Shown here: in pieces, positions 1-64,000 of the stretch
Position numbering within the stretch: the first letter of the stretch is position 1
Layout: every line of letters starts with the position of its first letter
NCBI GenBank assembly: GCA_030390025.1
Contig: CM059438.1
Span: 54,934,001 to 54,998,000 of the forward strand
Direction: 5' to 3'
DNA length: 64,000 nucleotides
Source: Squalus acanthias
Taxonomy: Eukaryota
Program-made: the position numbers and the translations under genes
The notes under the pieces: generated by a model
What the model was told of the DNA's origin: nothing
The model's input: the letters and a program-made list of their open reading frames with translations, nothing else
The model's database searches: none

Positions 1-1530
1 AATCATTCTCCTAAATCTTTTCTACACCCTCTCTAAGGCCTTCACATCCTTCCTAAAGTGCGGTGCCCAGAATTGGACACAATACTCCAGTAGAGGCCGA
101 ACCAGTCTTTTATAAATGTTCATCATAACTTCCATGCCTTTGTACTCTGTGCCTCTATTTATGAAAATGAGAAGTCGCACAACACCAGGTTATAGTCCAA
201 CAGTTTTATTTAAAATTTAAAATTACGAGCTTTCGGAGCTGTTGCCCCTCCGTCAGGTAAAGGTACATTGGCAGAAAGGTACAGCTCCGAAAGCTCGTAA
301 TTTAAAATAAAACTGTTGGACTATAACCTGGTGTTGTGCGACTTCTCATTTTTGTCCACCCCAGTCCAACACCGGCATCTCCGCATCATGACCTCTATTT
401 ATGAAGCCCAGGATCCCGTATGCTTTTTTAACCGCTTTCTCAACCTGTCCTGCCACCTTTAACGATTTGTGCACATATACCCCCAGGTCTCTCTGTTCAT
501 GCACCCCCTTTAGAATTGTAACTTTTAGTTCATATTGCCTCTCCTCGTTCTTCCTACCAAAATGTATAATTTCGCACTTTTCTACGTTAAATTTCATCTG
601 CCACATGCCCACCCATTTCACCAGCCTATCTATGTCCCCTTGAAGTTTATCACTATCCTCCTCACTGTTCACTTTACTTCTAAGTTTTGTGTCATCTGCA
701 AATTTTGAAATTGTGCCCTGTACACCCAAGTCCAAGTCATTAATATACATCAAGAAAAGCAGTGGTCCTAGTACCGACCCCTGGGGAACACCACTGTATA
801 TCTTCCTCCAGTCCAATAAACAACCGTTCACCACTACTCTCTGTTTCCTGTCACTTAGCCATTTTCTATAGGCAAGCCTATTATGTGGCACTTTATCAAA
901 TGCCTTTTGGAAGTCCATGTACACCACATCAACCGCATTGCCCTCATCAACTCTCTCTGTTTCCTCATCAAAAAACTCGATCAAGTTAGTTAAACACGAT
1001 TTGCCTTTAACAAATCTGTGCTGGCTTTCTTAATTAATCCACACTTATCCGAGTGACTGTTAACTTTGTCCCTTATCATTTCTAAAAGCTTCCCCACCAC
1101 CGAGGTTAAACTGACTGGCCTGCAGTTGCTGGGTTTATCTTTGCACCCTTTTTTGAACAAGGGTGTAACATTTGCAATTCTCCAGTCCTCTGGCACCACC
1201 CCGTATCTATGGAGGATTGGAAGATTATGACCAGTACCTCCGCGATTTCCTCCTTAACTTCCCTAAGCATCCTAGGATGCATCCCATGACTTATCAACTT
1301 TAAGTACAGACAGCCTTTCTAGTACCTCCTCTTTATCAATTCTTATCTCGTCCACTATTTCCACTACCTCCTCTTTCACTATGACTTTGGCAGCATCCTC
1401 TTCCTTGGTGAAGACAGATGCAAAGTACTCATTTAGTACCTCAGCCATGCCCTCTGCCTCCATGTGTAGGTCTTCTTTTTGGTCCCTAATTGGCCCCACC
1501 CCTTCTCTTACTATTTATTACTATTGTTTA
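1..1530 (-). mobile_element. CR1-type LINE ORF2 (RT) fragment, frameshifted
   Basis: ORFs give VYMDFQKAFDKVPH, SGVPQGSVLGPLLF, KFADDTKL and RPVSLTSVVGK. Confidence 0.92.
166..391. mobile_element. Palindromic Penelope-type terminal-repeat insertion inside the CR1
   Basis: Inverted arms at about 164-242 and 281-351. Direct repeat cctctatttatgaa at 152-165 and 392-405. Hammerhead-like CTGACGG..GAAA on the minus strand. Confidence 0.75.
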
Positions 1531-1619
1531 CTATTGATATGCCTGTTGGACAAGTTATGGGGGTGAGCAGAATTAGCGGATGTAAAACCAGAATTCAGTG
1601 AGGAAGGACAAGACACATC

Positions 1620-1775
1620 CGCCTAGAAACTCATCCCGGGCAGTGGCACAAAACGGGCGGTATTGGATCGGCCGCCGTTGCAGTCAATGGAGCTGAATAT
1701 CAGGCGCTGCTTATAATGGGCGGCCGATACGATACCGCCCCGCCCTGCGCCAAGCCCGGGATGAATTTCTAGCCC
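1620..1775. mobile_element. Short MITE (Harbinger-like TIR)
   Basis: TIRs cgcctagaaactcatcccgggc / gcccgggatgaatttctagccc. The right end matches the right end of the 37828-38471 MITE. Confidence 0.7.
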
Positions 1776-3298
1776 AACAACTGTCTAAATAGGGGTAAGA
1801 AACCATTGCATTATTTTAATACTGAACAAAACAATTTACAATAAAATCTTTTTGAAGTACAATTGTTGTTTGGTTACATGTTGATACACATTACGTTCAC
1901 AGCACACAGTGTACATGGCGTGTTGTGATAGTGAGTGAGATTCACTGAGTGGCTGGAGTTGTGGACAATCCTGGGGACTGGCAATACGGCTAGTGACTTC
2001 TGCTATGCTCACCCGCTGTGCCAGTGCCTGGTGGGTTTTAATTTCAGGGCTGCGTCACCAGGTCTTTGACAGTTAGCCTGTTTGGGTAGGGTGCAGCACC
2101 CCCTGGGTACTTGGCATGGCACTTGTGTGGAGGTTGCTGTTGACATGCCAGCCAGCTTGTGGCAGTGGGCCAAGAGCAAGGAATAGATTTATAACAACTT
2201 CTTGCTCATTCTCAGGGAGTACATGGTGTTCTTGGATTTGGCTATTTTCCATAGATTCACATTGACTGGATTGGGAGGCGGCAGGTGGAGGGGCTCTCCT
2301 GCTGCCGGCACGGACTCGATGGGCCGAATGGCCTCCTTCTGTGCCATTATGACTCTATGACCGCAGCAGGATATGCTGATAGCTGCAGCCCATCAGTTTA
2401 CATGTGCTACTCTCGAGGAACACAATGGGGAGGCCCGGCGTGCAGGGTCGGGTTCAATGGGCCAACACATAGCGCCAGCTGGAGTGGATCTCTGAGCAGG
2501 GCCAGGAAAATGTGAAGAATTGTGCCCCTTTCACCCGTCTTTCACTCACTCTGCTGTGACTCCGGGTTTCTACCCATGCGGCCAGGGGTGGGGAGTGTTT
2601 GATTTGCCCTTCTTTCAGTTCAATACTGTTTGAGACTGTGTGAGCTGCTTCACAAATGGAATCCCAGTCATCGTCAGACAGGGTTTGACCCAGGTCACTG
2701 CTCTAGGCTGTTTTTGCTGCATTTGTATTTTACGGGAGTATCAAAATAAAGATTCCCTGTCCGCTCAAGATTAGTTTTGCTGTATCTTTGTGGGTAGGGT
2801 CAAAAGTTTCTAGGGTTATGAGCATCCATATGACTTTGGACTGGTTGGACAGTCAGTTAGGAAGTGTTTCATTTACAGGCACGAGTAGCTGTTGTTCTGA
2901 AGAAATGGAGTTGAGCCGGAAGGATTTAATGGCTCCATTATGAATGCGTTGCAAGAGCCCATTACTGCCCTTTTATCGTGCCGCAATCTGAAGCCTGCTC
3001 CTAGAACTGCAGGCAGGATATCAGGGTTACACACTAGGAGGGATGCTGCAGAAGAAAAATCTGATTTAGAATCAGGCATTCTTAACAATGGCTAGGTGGA
3101 TGTGCTCGCACACTTGTGAAGATAAAACTGTCCCATTCACACTTACACGGAGCCTGTTTTTAAATAAAGCACTTGGAAAACAGACTTCTGCTAACTGCTT
3201 AAAGTTGCCAGCTGGTTGCTCCTGAAACCGGAATGTCCAGTTTCGAACCAGAAGGCCTATTTTATAATTACGGAAGGCATGCGATGGCGAGGACTTAC

Positions 3299-60588
<57,290 letters not shown>

Positions 60589-61000
60589 CCTGCCTGGGAT
60601 TCAGGAAACAATTCACACAGGAGCTTCAAAGAGGGTGCTGGCTGCAGCTACAGCAAGTCCTATGTAGCTTTGTGTAAGTATACAATCCTTCTGACCTCTG
60701 CTGAAGTGAGTGTGCTCTGTTCTCTTTTCAGACAAATGATTCTAAAATCCTACAGTCATGAGGGCTTTTCCTCTTGTGCAAGTTGAGAGTTGCAGTAGCC
60801 TTTTCGGTATGGTATGGCAACGGACTAGACCAACCCACTTCCTGTGTTGTAATCGGCTTACTGAAAGAGCCTTTGCTGCATAAGGAAAGAAACAGAACTC
60901 TTGAGATCTGACTGGCTGCACCCACCTTCTCCACACAGGAAGCGGTGTGGGTGTGGGGAGTCCTGTATGTAACTGATGCATCATAGCACGCTCCTCACGT
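60589..61000 (-). promoter_or_regulatory. Probable HK1 5'UTR/proximal promoter
   Basis: Apparently non-repetitive sequence immediately 5' of the exon 1 ATG. The TSS cannot be located from sequence. Confidence 0.4.
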
Positions 61001-62077
61001 CTTAAAAATCAATGCTTTGACATCTAGCTCCTGTGGCAAGAGATGCAGAGGTCATTTATTCAATTTAATCGTGTTCTTTGAATTATAACCGTCAAATTAA
61101 CCCAACAAACACCATTAAACGTGATGGTAGTTCTTTCTAAGTGTCTGATGCATACTTAGAATAAAAGGACCTCTCATCATAAATAATTTAGCATAAATTA
61201 TTTTTTTCGCTCCCTCTATCCCATCCTACTGAACCGTACAGTCTACAATTCTGGGGAGGATGTTTTATGATTTTACTGTGCACCTATGATTCAAGGTATT
61301 ACACTTTATACTGCAGTACACCTTTGAGATCGCAGTGTAAAGCAAGTTATCTGCAATGTAAAATGCTTCAGACTAACTACTAGCACACTGCCATAAGCTG
61401 CACAATGTAATCTGAGCACGTCCCAGGTCTTGATTCGTCGTCCTGTGACCAGTCAGTCGTGACTCCTGTCGTGACTCTCACCGTTTGTCTCCTTTCCCCT
61501 CCCCCTTCCCCCCATGGCCCTCAGAATGTTGCACTGAAGACACACACAGTGGCAATTGCTTTTTACTCTGTCATGCTGCCATCTTAATACTCGACCTTGC
61601 AGTCAGAAACTGTAATGTATCAAATTAGTCCAAATACCAGCAGTGGCAATGTTAAAGCTATCCAAATTTAAAGTAGACATTTCCAAATATTAACAACATA
61701 ATACTTGACTCATCAGGTGAAGAAATTAAACATTTATGCCTCCCTACAACACAATGTCAAGCAATGATCGCTGACAAATTACCATAGCAACCCCTATCCA
61801 ATCAGTCCACAAAAAAAGGTCAGAGGATGTAAGGAGGCCTGTGTTTCATGTGCCTAGAACCTCGCTACGTGTACCTCACACACTATTTCTTTTTGCCAGT
61901 GTTTCCATCTACTCCTATGAAGCTGGGACTATAAAAATAATCAGGAGTCATCAGATACAGACATTTTTGATCATTTTGTAATACATTTCGTAATCAAAAG
62001 ACATACAATTTTTCAAGAAAAATACTGCGGATGCTGGAAATGTGAAATAAAAATAGAAAATGCAGATTGGGCAGCAT

Positions 62078-62334
62078 TAGGGTTGCCAACCCTCCAGGAT
62101 TGGCCTGGAGTCTCCAGGAATTAAAGATTCATCTCCAGGACACTGCTGCCAGCAAACCCAGGAGAAAAATCATCAATTGTATGTTGTTTTCATTTTCTTT
62201 GAGCATTTTTATTTATTTGTTGTAAAAATATGGAGATGGGAAAAAAAGGCTGTTTGACTGGACAGGGCAGTTCCAGGCAGGAGGTCAAGTGATGAAACCT
62301 CCAGGGATATGGCCAACCAGAGTTGGCAACTCAA
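62078..62334. mobile_element. hAT-type MITE
   Basis: TIRs TAGGGTTGCCAAC / GTTGGCAACTCAA; 8-bp TSD ggcagcat at 62070-62077 and 62335-62342. Confidence 0.85.
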
Positions 62335-62409
62335 GGCAGCATCTGCGGCGAGAGAAACAAATGCCTCAGGTCAATGATCTTTCATCAGAACAGGAAGAAG
62401 TTAGAGATT

Positions 62410-63900
62410 TAATAGTTTATAAGCAAGTGGAGACAAGGAGAACCCTATCGTGGTTCTGGGAGGGAGGGGAAGGTGTGAGGGCAGAAATGGGACGGACACG
62501 GGCAAGGGCCCTGTCAACCATGGTAGAGGGGAAGATAAAAGGAAGACATATCGGAAGCACTGGAATGGAAGGTGGCATTGTCAGAACAGCCGAGACAGAG
62601 AAACTGGGAGAATGGAAGAGAGTCCTTTCTGGAAGCAGCGTGGAAGGAAGTGTAATCAGGGTAGCTGTGGAGGTCAGTAGGATTATAGCAGATATTGGTG
62701 GACAGCCTATCCCCAGAAAGGGAGATAGAGAAGTCAAGCAAGAGCCCGAGATGGACCATGTGAAGGTGAGGAAGGGATGGAAGTTGGAAGCAAAGTTGGA
62801 GAAATTTTCCAGTTTGGGTGAGAGGAAGAAGCGGCATCAACACAGTCATCAATGTACTGGGGAAAGGAGTAAGGGAGGAGACCTGTGTAGGACTGGAACA
62901 AAGAATGTTCCACATGTCCCATGGAAAGGCAGGCATAGCCAGGAGCCATACGGGTTCCCATAGCAACACCTTTTATTTGGAGGAAGTGAGTGGAGTCAAA
63001 GGAGAAATTGTTCAATGTAAGAACAAGTTCAGCCAGGAGGAGGAGGAGGGTGGTGGATGGGAGCTGTTTGGGCCTCTGTTCAAGGAAGAAGCGGAGAGCC
63101 CGCAGGCCATCCTAGTGGGGGTTGGAGGTGTAGAGGGACTGGACATCCATTGTGAAAAGGAGACATTTAGGGCCAGGAAACTGTTAAAGTGATGGAGGGA
63201 ATTAGAAGAATCGCGGATGTAGGTCAGAAGAGACTGGACAAGGGGGAAAAAAAGTCGAGATAGAAAGAAATAAGTTATGTGGGGCAGGAACAGGCTGAAA
63301 CTATGGATCTACCTGGGCAGTCCGGTTTGTGGATCTTGGGAAGGAGGTAGATGCGGGCTTTGCAGTGTTGGGGGATTATTAGGTTGGAGGCTGTGGGGGG
63401 ATGAGGTCAGTGACGGTCTGGGAAACGATGGCTTAATGTTCGGTGGTGGGATCATATCCAGGGGGAGGTGGGAGGAGATATCAGAGTTGGTGTTCAGTCT
63501 CCGCAAGATAGAGGTCTGTTCGTTAAAAAAACCAAGTGCCTCCCTTGTCAGCAGGTTTAATGACAATGTGAGGGTTAGACCGGAGGGAACGGAGTGCTGC
63601 AAGCTCAGAGGGAGATAGATTAGAGAGTGGAGTGGAGAAATTGAGACGGCCAAAGTCACACTGGCAGCTCCCAATGAAAAGATGGAGAGGGGGTAAGAAC
63701 AGAGGGAGGGGTTCATGTGGAACGGGAATTCTGAAGATGGTAGAAAGGTTTTGCTGTGTGGGGTGCTTACTGCTAACACTGTGCATTCGTGAAACAGGGC
63801 CTCTACTGGAGCAATAAAGCAGTAAGGCGTGGAGTGGAGCAAGTTATTACAATTGAGAATAAAGATGCTCTCTGAAAGAGAGGTCAAGACAAGTCCTTCA
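62410..63900 (-). mobile_element. Penelope-like retroelement RT fragment, degraded
   Basis: LRSNPHIVIKPADKGG, NNFSFDSTHFLQIKGVAMGTRMAP and YIDDC. Confidence 0.88.
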
Positions 63901-64000
63901 ATTGTTTTTCCTCAACTTCCCCCATTTAATGCTCGAGACCTGTAATATTTGTCAGTTCTGAGACTTTATACCTGATTTGTCAATGGACTTTGGTTTTCCC

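Overview
Vertebrate genomic DNA, most likely a cartilaginous fish (inferred from the repeat repertoire). It carries the 5' half of a hexokinase-1 gene on the minus strand: coding exons 1-9, from the ATG at 60588 to the exon 9 donor at 3299, 1265 coding nt, all GT-AG, with exon sizes 63/163/149/120/96/100/184/156/234. The introns are packed with CR1, L2 and Penelope retroelement fragments, tRNA-derived SINEs, hAT-type MITEs, a truncated U6 copy and several minisatellites; the minisatellites produce most of the very long ORFs in the track, which are not genes. The most notable non-host system is a PIF/Harbinger set. A nearly intact two-gene element sits in intron 3, with a HARBI1-like DDE transposase (one premature stop) facing a spliced 3-exon Myb/SANT (NAIF1-like) gene. 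The window also holds two deletion derivatives of it, a second diverged family, and several MITEs with GG-starting TIRs, 3-bp TSDs of variable sequence and a repeated subterminal GCGCTA motif. All calls come from reading the sequence; no database searches were run, and repeat boundaries are approximate.
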